Shown here piece after piece: positions 9,515-19,305 of a DNA stretch of 64,000 bases. The translations under genes were made by a program, and so were the position numbers. The stretch covers positions 1,974-65,973 of the forward strand of contig JBGPLZ010000002.1 of NCBI GenBank assembly GCA_041486695.1, read 5' to 3'. Numbering within the stretch: position 1 is the stretch's first letter; each line of letters begins with the position of its first letter. The DNA is from Acidobacteriota bacterium (lineage in GTDB: Bacteria > Acidobacteriota > Polarisedimenticolia > Gp22-AA2). Under the pieces are notes generated by a model. It had not been told where the DNA came from. It did no database searches and saw nothing but the letters and a program-made list of their open reading frames with translations.

Positions 9515-10855
9515 ATGACCAATGCGCCTGTCACGTCCCGCCCCGCAGGGCCCACCGGCATCCGCTGGCGCATGCTGGCGCTGCTGTTCGCCTCGAGCTT
9601 CGTGGCCTACCTGCTGCGCACCAACATGTCCGTGGCCGGCGAGCAGATGATGGGCGATTTGGGGCTCACGCAAGTGCAGCTGGGCTTGGTGCTGGCGGCG
9701 TTTGCCTGGAGCTACGCGGCGTTTCAGTTTCCCGGCGGCATCTGGAACGAGCGGGTCGGAGGGCGCCGCGCCCTCACCATCATCGCGCTGCTCTGGGGCG
9801 CCTGCAATCTGCTCATCGGGCTGGTGCCCGGCCGCACTCTGGCAACACCTCTGATCATCATGAGTGCGCTCATCGCGCTGCGCGCGCTGATGGGCGCCGC
9901 GCAGGCGCCGCTCTTCCCGGTGACGGGCGCCGCGATGACCTGCGACTGGTTTCCGGTCTCGGGATGGGCGTTCCCCAACGGCTTGAGCAACGCCGGTCTC
10001 ACCCTGGGCGCGGCGGCAACCGGCCCGCTGATCGCCTGGCTCATGGTCAACTTCGGCTGGCGACAGTCGTTCGTGCTGACGGCGCCGCTGGCGTTCGTGC
10101 TGGCCGCGGTCTGGTGGTGGTACGTGCGCGACACGCCGGCGCAGCATCCGCACGTGAGTCACGCCGAGCTCGCGCTCATCGATCGCGATCGACCGGCGAT
10201 ATTCCTGGAGCCGACACCTCCTGGTATGTGGAAGCGCATGCTGAGCGATCCGCAGATTATCCTGCTCACGGCGAGCTACTTCTGCAGCAACTACGTCTTT
10301 TACTTCTTCTTCAACTGGCTGTTCATCTATCTGGTGGATAATCGCGGCTTCAAGGTTCTGGAGAGCGGCACCTACGCGGCGGCGCCGTGGGTCAGCGGCG
10401 CCATCGGCGCGCTGGTTGGCGGCATCGCCTGCGACCACATTTCCATGCGCCTGGGAAAGCGGCGCGGACATCGATGGGTGGCGATGGTCGGTCTCGGGCT
10501 CGGGGGCGTGCTGATCATGGCCGCCGCCGTGGCCACGGCGCCGCTCGTCGCCATCCTGCTGCTGTCGCTCTGTCTGGGGGCGCAGCAGATGACCGAGGCG
10601 GTGTTCTGGTCCGCGGCGATTTCGGTGTCCGGAAAGCATTCGTCGTCGGCATCCGGGGTGATGAACACCGGTGGGAATGTCGTCGGCGGGGTTGGCGCGT
10701 TGCTCGTGCCGTTGACGGTGCGCACGTGGGGATGGCCTGCGGCCCTGGCGACCGGCGCGGCCTTTGCCCTGGTGGGCGCACTGCTGTGGTGCTGGATTCG
10801 CGCCGACCGTGAATTCCCGCCCGCTCCCTCGCCCCTCTGGAGAGCGTCATCCTGA
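9515..10855 (+). CDS. MFS transporter (anion:cation symporter-like, e.g. hexuronate/glucarate type)
   Basis: 446 aa with ~12 predicted hydrophobic helices. The N-terminal region (LLFASSFVAYLLRTNMSVAG ... GGIWNERVGGRRAL) resembles the G-[RK]-x(3)-D-[RK]-x-G-[RK]-[RK] motif typical of MFS loop 2-3. Confidence 0.8.
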   Translation: MTNAPVTSRPAGPTGIRWRMLALLFASSFVAYLLRTNMSVAGEQMMGDLGLTQVQLGLVLAAFAWSYAAFQFPGGIWNERVGGRRALTIIALLWGACNLLIGLVPGRTLATPLIIMSALIALRALMGAAQAPLFPVTGAAMTCDWFPVSGWAFPNGLSNAGLTLGAAATGPLIAWLMVNFGWRQSFVLTAPLAFVLAAVWWWYVRDTPAQHPHVSHAELALIDRDRPAIFLEPTPPGMWKRMLSDPQIILLTASYFCSNYVFYFFFNWLFIYLVDNRGFKVLESGTYAAAPWVSGAIGALVGGIACDHISMRLGKRRGHRWVAMVGLGLGGVLIMAAAVATAPLVAILLLSLCLGAQQMTEAVFWSAAISVSGKHSSSASGVMNTGGNVVGGVGALLVPLTVRTWGWPAALATGAAFALVGALLWCWIRADREFPPAPSPLWRASS

Positions 10856-12024
10856 TGGAGAATCCTGTGGACCGGGCACGCCTGCGGATCGGCCGGCTGG
10901 AGCGGCTGCAAGCCACGATGCGCGCGCAGGGCCTCGAGGCCTGCCTGCTGTTCAATGAACCGAACGTCCGTTACGCGACCGGCGCCTCGGCGATGCCGAT
11001 CTGGAGCAACACGACGTTCGTCCGCTGCGCCCTGGTCCCCGCCGAGGGGCGGCCAATCCTCTTCGAGCACCCGAACTCGATGCACCTGTTCCGGGGCATC
11101 GAGGCCGAGGTGCGGCCGATGCACGCCTGGGAGTTCTACGACGACACGGCGGCGCACGCCGCGATCTTCGCCCGGCAGACAGTCGCCGCGCTGCGCGAGC
11201 TCGGCGTCTCCTCGAGCCGGCTCGCCGTCGACCGGCTGGGAACGCCCGGGTTCCTCGCCCTCCAGCGCGAAGGGATCGCGATCGTCGACTCGGCGCCGGT
11301 CACGACCGTGGCCCGCGAGATTAAGACCCCCGAGGAGGTCGCCCTGTTCGAGCTGAACGCCGCGATCCTGATGGAGATGCTGGCCAATCTCGAGCGCGCC
11401 ATCGCGCCCGGGGTCCGCGAGCGCGAGCTGCTGGCCATCCTGGCGGACACGCTGCTGCGGCACGGCGGCGAGCACCTCGCCACCAGCACCGTCTGCTCCG
11501 GCCCGAACACCAACCCGTGGCGCGCCGAGGCGACCGCGCGCGCCATCGAACCCGGCGACCTGGTCTACGTCGACACCGACACCATCGGCGTCGAGGGCTA
11601 CTTCTTCTGCGTGTCGCGCACCTTCCTGTGCGGCGATCGCCCTGCGACCCCCGCGCAACGCGACGCGTACCGCACCGCGCACGACTGGCTGCTCGGGTTG
11701 CGGGAGATGGTCCGGCCCGGCATCACCTGCCGCGAGCTCGCCGCCAAGGCGCCGCGACTTCCCCGCAGGTTCATGCCGCAGCGTTACGAGGTCATGATCC
11801 ACAGCGTCGGCCTTGAAGAGGAAAGCCCGAGCGTCGCCTACCCCGACGACCCGCAGCCGAACGGCGATCGCGTCCTGCAGGAGAACATGGCCCTCGTCGT
11901 GGAGCTCTACTGCGGCGAAGTCGGCGGCCGGGATGGCGTCAAGATCGGCGACCAGGTGCTGGTGACGTCCGAGGGCGTGAAGATGCTGGTGCCGTACCCC
12001 TACTGCGATACCCTGCTCCGATAA
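10855..12024 (+). CDS. M24-family metallopeptidase (Xaa-Pro aminopeptidase / creatinase-type)
   Basis: Start overlaps the upstream stop. A creatinase-like N-terminal domain is followed by a pita-bread fold region (YVDTDTIGVEGYFFCVSRTF ... HSVGLEEE). Confidence 0.7.
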   Translation: MENPVDRARLRIGRLERLQATMRAQGLEACLLFNEPNVRYATGASAMPIWSNTTFVRCALVPAEGRPILFEHPNSMHLFRGIEAEVRPMHAWEFYDDTAAHAAIFARQTVAALRELGVSSSRLAVDRLGTPGFLALQREGIAIVDSAPVTTVAREIKTPEEVALFELNAAILMEMLANLERAIAPGVRERELLAILADTLLRHGGEHLATSTVCSGPNTNPWRAEATARAIEPGDLVYVDTDTIGVEGYFFCVSRTFLCGDRPATPAQRDAYRTAHDWLLGLREMVRPGITCRELAAKAPRLPRRFMPQRYEVMIHSVGLEEESPSVAYPDDPQPNGDRVLQENMALVVELYCGEVGGRDGVKIGDQVLVTSEGVKMLVPYPYCDTLLR

Positions 12025-12050
12025 GCGTCCGCGGAGACGGCTCGGTAACG

Positions 12051-13322
12051 ATGAAAATCCTGGCGCTGAACTGCGGCTCCACCTCGGTCCGTTTTCGGCT
12101 CATCGAAACCGATCGAAGGCGCATGGCGCGGGACGCGGACCGGCACCTGGCTGGAGGGAAGCTCGAGGCGATCGGGGGCGACTCGTCGGTCGCGTTCCAG
12201 GTCGAAGGCCGTCCGGTTCCGCCGGCGAAGGTCCGCCTCCGCGACCACCGCGAGGCGATCGCGCTGATCCTGGACTGGCTGATCTCCGGGAGCCCAGCTG
12301 GAGGCCTGCTGCGCTCCCGCTCCGATCTTGACGCGGCCGGCCATCGCGTCGTGCACGGCGGCGCCGGCTTCAGCGATCCGGTGCGCATCGACCCCGCGGT
12401 GGTCGCGGCGATCGAAGCGTGCGCCGATCAGGCCCCGCTCCACAATCGCCCGACCCTTCTCGGCATCCGGGCCACGCTGCAACTCCTCGGCCCGGCGGTG
12501 CCTCAGGTCGCGGTGTTCGACACGGCGTTCCACCGCACCATGCCCGAGTCGTCCTATCTGTACGCTCTGCCTTACGAGATCTCCGCGAAGCATGGGATAA
12601 GACGCTACGGCTTCCACGGCACGTCACATCAGTACATCGCCCTGCGGTACCGGCGGCTCCGCCGGCTGCGGACCAGGGACGTGCGGATCATCTCCCTGCA
12701 TCTGGGCGGGGGAAGCTCAGCGTGCGCCATCCGGGAGGGCAAGTCGCTCGACACCTCGATGGGGTTCACGCCGCTCGAGGGTCTGGTCATGGCGACTCGC
12801 TGCGGCGATCTCGACCCGGCGATTCCCCTGTTCCTGGCGCGCCGCACCGGCGCCACGCCGGCCGAGATCGAGGCGATGCTGGTCAGCCGCTCCGGGCTCC
12901 TCGGCCTGTCCGGAACGAGCTCGGACATGCGGACCCTCCTCGAGCTGAAGCGGCACGATCCGCGCGCGCTCCTGGCGATCGAGATCTTCTGCAGGCGGGT
13001 CAGGAAATACATCGGCGCCTATTTCGCCGACATGGGAGGCGCCGACGCGATCGTCTTCACCGGGGGAATCGGAGAGAATGCGCCCGAGATCCGCCGACGG
13101 ACCTGTCGCGGCCTGGAAAGCCTGGGGTTGCGACTCGACCAGGGCCGGAACCGGCGGCTGGTCGCGGGCGCCGAGGGGGAAATCAGCCGCAGGGGCTCGA
13201 CCCTGAGGGCCTACGTGATCCCGACCGACGAGGAATTGATAATCGCGCGCCAGACGGCGCGCCTGCTCGACCGACCCCGACCGACCGGTCCGGGTCTGGC
13301 TGGAGGTTCACCATCGCCATGA
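12051..13322 (+). CDS. ackA: Acetate kinase (acetate/propionate kinase family)
   Basis: N-terminal signature MKILALNCGSTSVRFRL (compare canonical LVLNCGSSSIK). Length 423 aa. Sits directly upstream of phosphoketolase. Confidence 0.8.
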   Translation: MKILALNCGSTSVRFRLIETDRRRMARDADRHLAGGKLEAIGGDSSVAFQVEGRPVPPAKVRLRDHREAIALILDWLISGSPAGGLLRSRSDLDAAGHRVVHGGAGFSDPVRIDPAVVAAIEACADQAPLHNRPTLLGIRATLQLLGPAVPQVAVFDTAFHRTMPESSYLYALPYEISAKHGIRRYGFHGTSHQYIALRYRRLRRLRTRDVRIISLHLGGGSSACAIREGKSLDTSMGFTPLEGLVMATRCGDLDPAIPLFLARRTGATPAEIEAMLVSRSGLLGLSGTSSDMRTLLELKRHDPRALLAIEIFCRRVRKYIGAYFADMGGADAIVFTGGIGENAPEIRRRTCRGLESLGLRLDQGRNRRLVAGAEGEISRRGSTLRAYVIPTDEELIIARQTARLLDRPRPTGPGLAGGSPSP

Positions 13323-15676
13323 CACGCTCCGAGGCCGAAGCGATCGCCCTCTACCGCCGCGCCGTCAACTATCTGTCCGCCGCCCAGATCTATCTGAAGT
13401 CGAATCCGCTGCTTGAGGAGCCGCTGCGGCCCGAGCAGATCAAGGATCGCCTCCTCGGGCACTGGGGCACCGCGCCCGGCATCAACTTGATCTACGCCCA
13501 CCTCAACCGACTCATCCTGAAAACCGGCGCCAGCGTTCTACTCGTGACCGGCCCCGGCCACGGCGCGGCCGCGAATCTTGCGAACCTGTACCTCGAAGGG
13601 AGCCTGGGCGAGTTCTACCCTTCCATGACGCAGGATCGCGTTGGACTGCTGCGCTTCGTGCGGGCCTTCTCGTGGCCCGACGGCTTCCCGAGCCACCTCA
13701 GCCCCGCCCTGCCGGGCGTCATCCATGAGGGCGGCGAGCTGGGGTATGCGCTGGCGACCTCCTTCGGCGCCGCCCTCGACAACCCCGACCTGATCGTCGC
13801 CTGCATCGTCGGCGACGGCGAAGCCGAGACGGGGCCGACGGCGACCGCCTGGCACGGGACGAAGTTCCTCAATCCGGCGACCGATGGCGCGGTGCTCCCC
13901 TTCCTGCACCTGAACGGATTCAAGATCGCCTCGCCGACGCTGTTCGGGACGATGGATGACGGCGAGCTCGCCGCGCTCTTCTCGGGCTGCGGGTGGAACG
14001 TTCGCATCGTCGACTACGGCGAGGAGATCGACGGCGACCTGGCCTCTGCCGTGGAGAGCGCCCATGCCTCGATTCGCGCGCTGCAGGCGGAGGCGCGGGC
14101 CGGACGCTGCCCCAAGCGCCCGCGCTGGCCGCTGATCATCCTGCGCACGCCGAAGGGGATGAGCGGCCCGGTCGAGATCGATGGCAAGGCGATCGAGGGC
14201 TCGTTCCGCGCCCACCAGGTGCCGGCGAAAGATCTGAAGACCGACCCGCGGCATCTCGCGGTCGTGGAGCGGTGGCTACGCTCCTACCGCCCCGAGGAGC
14301 TGTTCGATCGGCAGGGCCGTCCGGTCGAAGCGATCCGCGCTCTCTGCCCGCGGGGAACGCAGCGGATGGCGATGAACCCGCACGCCAACGGAGGCCGCAT
14401 CCGGCGGCCTCTCGACCTCCCCGAGCTTCGGGATCACGCGGTCGACGTACCGGTGCGGGGCGCGCAGGCTTGCAGCAGCATGGAAGTGGCCGGCCGCTAT
14501 CTCGCGCAGGTGGTGGAGCGCAATCAGCGGACTCGGAATTTCCGCATCGTCTGCCCTGACGAGCTCGAATCGAACCGCCTCGGCGCCGTCCTCGACGTGA
14601 CGCTCCGCCAGTACCTCTGGCCCACCCCCGCGGTCGCCGAGAAGATCGGGCCCGACGGCCGCGTGCTCGAAGTCTTGAGCGAGCACAGCTGCCAGGGCTG
14701 GCTGCAGGGCTACCTCCTGACCGGACGGCACGGCCTCTTCCCCTGCTACGAGGCGTTCCTGCCGATCGTCGACGGCATGATGAACCAGTACGCCAAGTTC
14801 CTGAAGACATCCCTCGAGGTCCCGTGGCGGGCCCCCGTCTCTTCGCTGAACTATATCCTCACCTCCGAGGCCTGGAGACAGGACCACAATGGCTATTCTC
14901 ATCAGGGGCCCGGCTTCATCAACAACGTCCTGACGAAGAAGGGCCACACCTATCGCATTCTCCTGCCGCCCGACGCCAACTGCCTGCTGTCGACGCTTGA
15001 CACCTGTCTCCAATCGACGAACCACATCAACCTGATCATCGCCGGCAAGCAGCCGATGCCGCAGTGGCTGTCGATGGCGGAGGCGATCGAGCATTGCCGC
15101 GTCGGCGCCTCGGTCTGGCCGTGGGCCAGCACCAACGACGGCGAGGACCCGGAGCTGGTGCTGGCCGGATGCGGCGACACGCTGACCGTCGAGGTCCTGG
15201 CGGCGGCCCGGATCATCCGCACGGTGGCGCCCGAGTGGCGGGTGCGCGTGGTCAACGTTGTTGATCTGCAAATTCTGGGCGTCCCCGAGAAATACCCGCG
15301 CGGCCTGGAGGAAGAGCGCTTCCAGCGCCTCTTCCCGCTCGACGCACCCGTCCTCGTCAACTATCATGGCTACACTGCCGCCATCAAGCAGCTGGTCTGG
15401 GAACGGCCGGCAAACAGCCGGTTCGACATCAACGGATATCGCGAGGAGGGAACGACGACCACGCCGTTCGACATGCTGGTGCGCAACCGGACGAGCCGCT
15501 ACGACCTCGTCATCCAGGCGGCCCGCGTGATGGCGGCCCGGCACCACCAAGTGGCGGCCCGGGCCGAGGAGATGACTCGCCTCTGCGAAGCCAGGCTCGC
15601 CGCGCACCGCGACTTCATCCGCCTGCACGGGATCGACCTGCCCGAGATCGTCGACTGGACCTGGGCCGAACCGTAG
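13319..15676 (+). CDS. xfp: Xylulose-5-phosphate/fructose-6-phosphate phosphoketolase
   Basis: The ATG overlaps the ack stop (ATGA). Phosphoketolase signatures HEGGELGYAL and NPDLIVACIVGDGEAETG (thiamine-PP binding). 785 aa. The ORF-track frame runs in-frame upstream to 12419, but that extension overlaps ack and was rejected. Confidence 0.85.
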   Translation: MTRSEAEAIALYRRAVNYLSAAQIYLKSNPLLEEPLRPEQIKDRLLGHWGTAPGINLIYAHLNRLILKTGASVLLVTGPGHGAAANLANLYLEGSLGEFYPSMTQDRVGLLRFVRAFSWPDGFPSHLSPALPGVIHEGGELGYALATSFGAALDNPDLIVACIVGDGEAETGPTATAWHGTKFLNPATDGAVLPFLHLNGFKIASPTLFGTMDDGELAALFSGCGWNVRIVDYGEEIDGDLASAVESAHASIRALQAEARAGRCPKRPRWPLIILRTPKGMSGPVEIDGKAIEGSFRAHQVPAKDLKTDPRHLAVVERWLRSYRPEELFDRQGRPVEAIRALCPRGTQRMAMNPHANGGRIRRPLDLPELRDHAVDVPVRGAQACSSMEVAGRYLAQVVERNQRTRNFRIVCPDELESNRLGAVLDVTLRQYLWPTPAVAEKIGPDGRVLEVLSEHSCQGWLQGYLLTGRHGLFPCYEAFLPIVDGMMNQYAKFLKTSLEVPWRAPVSSLNYILTSEAWRQDHNGYSHQGPGFINNVLTKKGHTYRILLPPDANCLLSTLDTCLQSTNHINLIIAGKQPMPQWLSMAEAIEHCRVGASVWPWASTNDGEDPELVLAGCGDTLTVEVLAAARIIRTVAPEWRVRVVNVVDLQILGVPEKYPRGLEEERFQRLFPLDAPVLVNYHGYTAAIKQLVWERPANSRFDINGYREEGTTTTPFDMLVRNRTSRYDLVIQAARVMAARHHQVAARAEEMTRLCEARLAAHRDFIRLHGIDLPEIVDWTWAEP

Positions 15677-15760
15677 CCGAAGACCCGGTAGGTGCGGATC
15701 GGCGTTGAGGCTCGGCGGCAGGATCGCGATCCGGGCTCGCGGGTGCCCGTCTCGTGAGCT

Positions 15761-16051
15761 TCAGTGTTCCGTGTGCGACGTATGGGTCACCTCCGGCGAG
15801 GGGGACTCCTTCTCGAGCGACTTCACAAACGTCCCCCGCGCGGCCTCGGCGGCCCGGTCGTAGATCTCGCCCAGAGCGGATGGCATGCGTGACGCCTTCT
15901 CGCGGGCCTGCCGCAGGGCGGTTCCGAGCCGCTCGCGCGTCTCCTTGCCGGTGCGCGGAGCCGTGAGAAGCGCCGCCACCGCGCCGGTCGCGGCACCCGC
16001 CAGGAACGCCAGGAAAATCTGCACCCCTCGACCTTCTATGTTGTTACTCAT
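15761..16051 (-). CDS. YtxH-domain general-stress-like small membrane-associated protein
   Basis: Internal ATG start with a strong SD (GGAGGTG). Hydrophobic N-terminal helix (IFLAFLAGAATGAVAALLTAP), then a charged helical region (GKETRERLGTALRQAREKA) typical of YtxH/DUF883-like proteins. Confidence 0.5.
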   Translation of the reverse strand: MSNNIEGRGVQIFLAFLAGAATGAVAALLTAPRTGKETRERLGTALRQAREKASRMPSALGEIYDRAAEAARGTFVKSLEKESPSPEVTHTSHTEH

Positions 16052-16532
16052 GATGGTGTGCCACCTCCTTCGGTTGGAACTGGGCCAGGTCAGGCTGGAG
16101 GCTCCGCGGCCGATACGGCGCCGCTGCCTCCGGCTCTGCTCGGACGGACTCATTTCGATCTCCCGCTGCCCCGGCCGGGGGCGCAAAGATCGCGCGCACG
16201 GCCGCAACCATCGCCGGTCCTACGGCGCCGCCGAGGGTGGCGATCGGCCGGATCATGCCCTGGAGCCGCAGGGCCATCCGCCCGAGGTTGGCCGCCGCCT
16301 CGATGTGCGGCCGGAGACCCTCCAAATCCTGTTCGGCACGGGCGACGACCTGGTCGACACGGCCCGCGGCGTTGGTGACCTCGGCAAGCGCCCGTTCGAG
16401 GCGCTGGTCGGCGTTCGTAAGAATGGTTCGGGCGCTCCGCAACACCCTCTGGAGCTGGTAAAGAACCGGGAGCGCGGCGCCCACGAGGACCGCGATCAGG
16501 ACGACGATGGCGATCTGCGCTCCTTCCGTCAC
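16044..16532 (-). CDS. DUF948-like membrane/coiled-coil stress protein
   Basis: GTG start with a perfect SD (AAAGGAGGTG, 4-nt spacer). N-terminal TM helix (QIAIVVLIAVLVGAALPVLYQL) followed by a long helical region. Its stop overlaps the start of the downstream YtxH gene by 8 nt, suggesting translational coupling. Confidence 0.5.
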   Translation of the reverse strand: MTEGAQIAIVVLIAVLVGAALPVLYQLQRVLRSARTILTNADQRLERALAEVTNAAGRVDQVVARAEQDLEGLRPHIEAAANLGRMALRLQGMIRPIATLGGAVGPAMVAAVRAIFAPPAGAAGDRNESVRAEPEAAAPYRPRSLQPDLAQFQPKEVAHHHE

Positions 16533-16726
16533 GGGGCACCTCCTTTGGATGACCGGCCAGGCCACCCCCGGTCTCACGGGCAGCTCCCGGCAAACGGCCC
16601 CTGCCATTTATCTTTGCAAGAGCCCTGCCACGCGGGCGCTGCCTTGATGAGAGCGGCGCTTCGATGGCGAGGCGGCACTTCGCCGGCGAGGTGCAGATTC
16701 TACGTAGGGCGGCGGGAGGAGCGCCT

Positions 16727-18211
16727 CTACAGGCCGAACATTTGCCGGTTCTTGCGGAAGTGGTGGCCGTAGATGGCGAAGGTGACGGCCAGCGGGAAGA
16801 GATCGCGGCGGCGGAGCATCGTCCAGGAGAGCAGGCCCCAGTAGTGGAATCGTTCGCGGCCGATGACGCCGAGGCGCAGGCTGGCGTGGGTGAACGCCAT
16901 GACGTGCATGAAGCTCAGCGACTCGGCCGCCTTCCTCGGGCGATAGTCGCGCAGGAAAGTGCGGACCCGCCGGTAGTACGGGGCGGGGGCGTAGATGCCG
17001 CGCAGGATGCTCCGGTAGCCCTCGCGCACCGTGTCCATGCTCATGCGCGGGATCAGGTTCATCGTGCCGTCCACGTTGTTGCCGCTCGTCTGACCGAGCA
17101 GCCGGCCTTCGCGTTCCATCCGGGCGTGGAGCTTCGTGCCCGGGAGCGCATTCAGCAGTCCGACCATGGCGGTGACGATGCCGCTCTTCTGGATGAAATC
17201 CACCTGCCGCTGGAATGTCGTCGCCGTATCGCTGTCGAAGCCGACGATGAACCCCCCCTGAACCTGAAGCCCGGCGCGCTGCATCCGTTTCACGTCGGCG
17301 ACCAGGTCTCGGCCGCGGTTCTGGCGCTTGTTGCATTCCGCGAGACCTTCCTCGTCGGGCGTTTCGATGCCCACGAACACGGAGTCGAACCCCACCTCGA
17401 CCATCTGCCGCATCAATGTCTCGTCGTCGGCGAGGTTGATCGACGCTTCGGTGTAGAAGGTGATGCCGTGCTTGCCCCGCTGCCAGGCGATCAAGGCGGG
17501 CAGCAGCGCTGCCTGGAGATCCCGCTTGTTACCGATGAGATTGTCGTCCACGAAGAAGATCTGGCCGCGCCAGCCGAGCCCGTAGAGACGATCCAGCTCG
17601 GCGATGATCTGCGCCGGCGTCTTGGTGCGCGGGCGGTGTCCGAACATCGCAGTGACGTTGCAAAATTCGCAATCGAACGGGCAGCCGCGCGAATACTGGA
17701 TACTCATCGAGGCGTACTTGTTCAGATCGGCGAGCTCCCAGGACGGTGCGGGCGTCCGGTGAAGGTCGGGGAACTCCGCCGAGGCGTACAGTCGCCGCGC
17801 GCAGCCGCGATCGAGATCGCGCAGGAACGGGGCGAGCGTGACCTCGGCTTCGTTCAGGACGAAGTGGTCGACCTCGGGAAACTGCTCGTGCTCGGAGATG
17901 AACAGCGGCCCGCCCGCGACGATCCGCTTGCCCGCCGCCCGGCATCGCGCGATCAGCTGGCGCGCCGAGTCCCGCTGGGCGGCCGTGGCGCCGACGAGGA
18001 CGATGTCGGCCCACTTCAGATCGGCCCGGGTGAGTTTCCGCACGTTCGTGTCGACGAGCCGCAGCACCCAGTCCCCGGGCAGCATCGCGGCGACGGTCAG
18101 GAGCCCCAGCGGCGGCAGGGTCGCTCGCTTGTGGATGAACTTCAGCGCGTGCTTGAAGCTCCAGAACGTGTCCGGGAACTCGGGGTAAAGGAGCAGGGCC
18201 TTTGTCTTCAT
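16727..18211 (-). CDS. B12-binding domain-containing radical SAM protein (class-B radical SAM, DUF4070-type; HpnP/HpnR/BchE-like architecture)
   Basis: N-terminal cobalamin-binding-like domain (ADIVLVGATAAQR). Radical SAM cluster motif CPFDCEFCNV. Length 494 aa. Confidence 0.75.
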   Translation of the reverse strand: MKTKALLLYPEFPDTFWSFKHALKFIHKRATLPPLGLLTVAAMLPGDWVLRLVDTNVRKLTRADLKWADIVLVGATAAQRDSARQLIARCRAAGKRIVAGGPLFISEHEQFPEVDHFVLNEAEVTLAPFLRDLDRGCARRLYASAEFPDLHRTPAPSWELADLNKYASMSIQYSRGCPFDCEFCNVTAMFGHRPRTKTPAQIIAELDRLYGLGWRGQIFFVDDNLIGNKRDLQAALLPALIAWQRGKHGITFYTEASINLADDETLMRQMVEVGFDSVFVGIETPDEEGLAECNKRQNRGRDLVADVKRMQRAGLQVQGGFIVGFDSDTATTFQRQVDFIQKSGIVTAMVGLLNALPGTKLHARMEREGRLLGQTSGNNVDGTMNLIPRMSMDTVREGYRSILRGIYAPAPYYRRVRTFLRDYRPRKAAESLSFMHVMAFTHASLRLGVIGRERFHYWGLLSWTMLRRRDLFPLAVTFAIYGHHFRKNRQMFGL

Positions 18212-18483
18212 ATCAACAGGCTACGCCTCAGCGCGAGGAAATGGAAGCGGGCGCGCCAACCCTTCCGCACGGCGGGCCGGGGGGCACAGCCCGCCCGCCG
18301 CGCGGACCTTCCCGACCATACCTCGACTCGGAAGAGGCGCGCGGCCGGATGAAGATTCCGCCTGAGATTTAGACGAGCAGCACCGTGTCGCCGAGAAGGT
18401 CAAGGCGCGCGTCGAGGCCTCCGGGAAGTGGAAGCGCCCGATCACGACACTGATTCGCGGCATGGAGCGGCCGGCGCGCCTCC

Positions 18484-19305
18484 TCAGTGCAGCCCTCTGG
18501 GGAGGGTGACGGTGATCGCGGCGGAATTGTTCGAGTAGTCGGTCTCCTGGAAGAAATGTTCGGCGTTGACTTCGACCTCGAGGATGTAGTCACCCGCCGA
18601 CAGCCCGGTGACATCGATCCACTGGCCGTCGAACCACGCGGCGTAGAAATCGGCCTGGCAGACGCTCAGCCCCATGTCGTCGCAGGAGAAGTACCTGGGG
18701 CGATCCTTGCTGCCGGCGCAGACACCCTGCGTGTAGTGATAGACATCCACGACGCAGAACCCCTGCTTCCTGCCGGTGACGAGCTTCTTCGCCAGGTTCG
18801 GGTTGGCCACCAGGAGGTCGCGCGCGCATGAGGTCGGGTTCGTCTGGCGAAGGGCGAGCCATTGCGCGTAGTCCTTCGGAGTCCAGAGACGGTAATCGGA
18901 GTACTCCTTGAAGTGCGTGTGCCCGTGGCAGGTCACGAAGTCGAACCACTCGGGGTGATCCGTCGGCTTGCCGATGATCAAATCGCCCGGGCCGAGGTTA
19001 GGGGTAGCGGTGTCGAACCGTAGTAACCAGCGGTCGCCTGCGGTCACTTCCCCCTCGGCGACGGAGCAATCGGTCGAGGTCCAGGTCTCCTTGTTCAGTG
19101 CCAGGTTGGGGGGAATCTCCGAGCCGTCGACGATCAGGTCGGGACAGCCGTTCTTGTCGGAGCACGGGATGGCGGGCACGCAGGTCGTCTGGGTCTGAGC
19201 GGACGACGGGCGTGCAGCGGCGAAACCCCCGAACAGAACAAGCATCGAAACAAACACGACCCTGCAGAGAAGAGAGCGATCCAAGTCACACCTCCTGGGC
19301 GACAC
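18484..19305 (-). CDS. Secreted lysyl-oxidase-like (copper amine oxidase, LOX catalytic-domain family) protein
   Basis: His-rich copper-site-like segment FVTCHGHTHFKEY resembles the LOX WxWHxCHxHYH motif. Many conserved Cys, consistent with the LOX disulfide pattern. N-terminal signal-like region. The start is GTG at 19305; an alternative ATG lies at 19245 (MLVLFGG). Confidence 0.55.
   Translation of the reverse strand: MSPRRCDLDRSLLCRVVFVSMLVLFGGFAAARPSSAQTQTTCVPAIPCSDKNGCPDLIVDGSEIPPNLALNKETWTSTDCSVAEGEVTAGDRWLLRFDTATPNLGPGDLIIGKPTDHPEWFDFVTCHGHTHFKEYSDYRLWTPKDYAQWLALRQTNPTSCARDLLVANPNLAKKLVTGRKQGFCVVDVYHYTQGVCAGSKDRPRYFSCDDMGLSVCQADFYAAWFDGQWIDVTGLSAGDYILEVEVNAEHFFQETDYSNNSAAITVTLPRGLH

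Noticed and set aside
12419-13318. In-frame upstream extension of the phosphoketolase ORF (track ORF 12419..15676)
   Set aside because: The extension overlaps the entire acetate kinase gene in another frame and translates to an Arg/Pro-rich sequence. Xfp homology and length begin at the ATG at 13319, which overlaps the ack stop.
14276-15628. 450-aa ORF antisense to phosphoketolase
   Set aside because: Antisense artefact of a high-GC gene; no motifs.
16664-18352. 562-aa + strand ORF opposite the B12-radical-SAM gene
   Set aside because: The minus-strand frame has the CxxxCxxC radical SAM motif and a B12-binding domain. The + frame is Arg/Gly/Asp-rich and motif-free.
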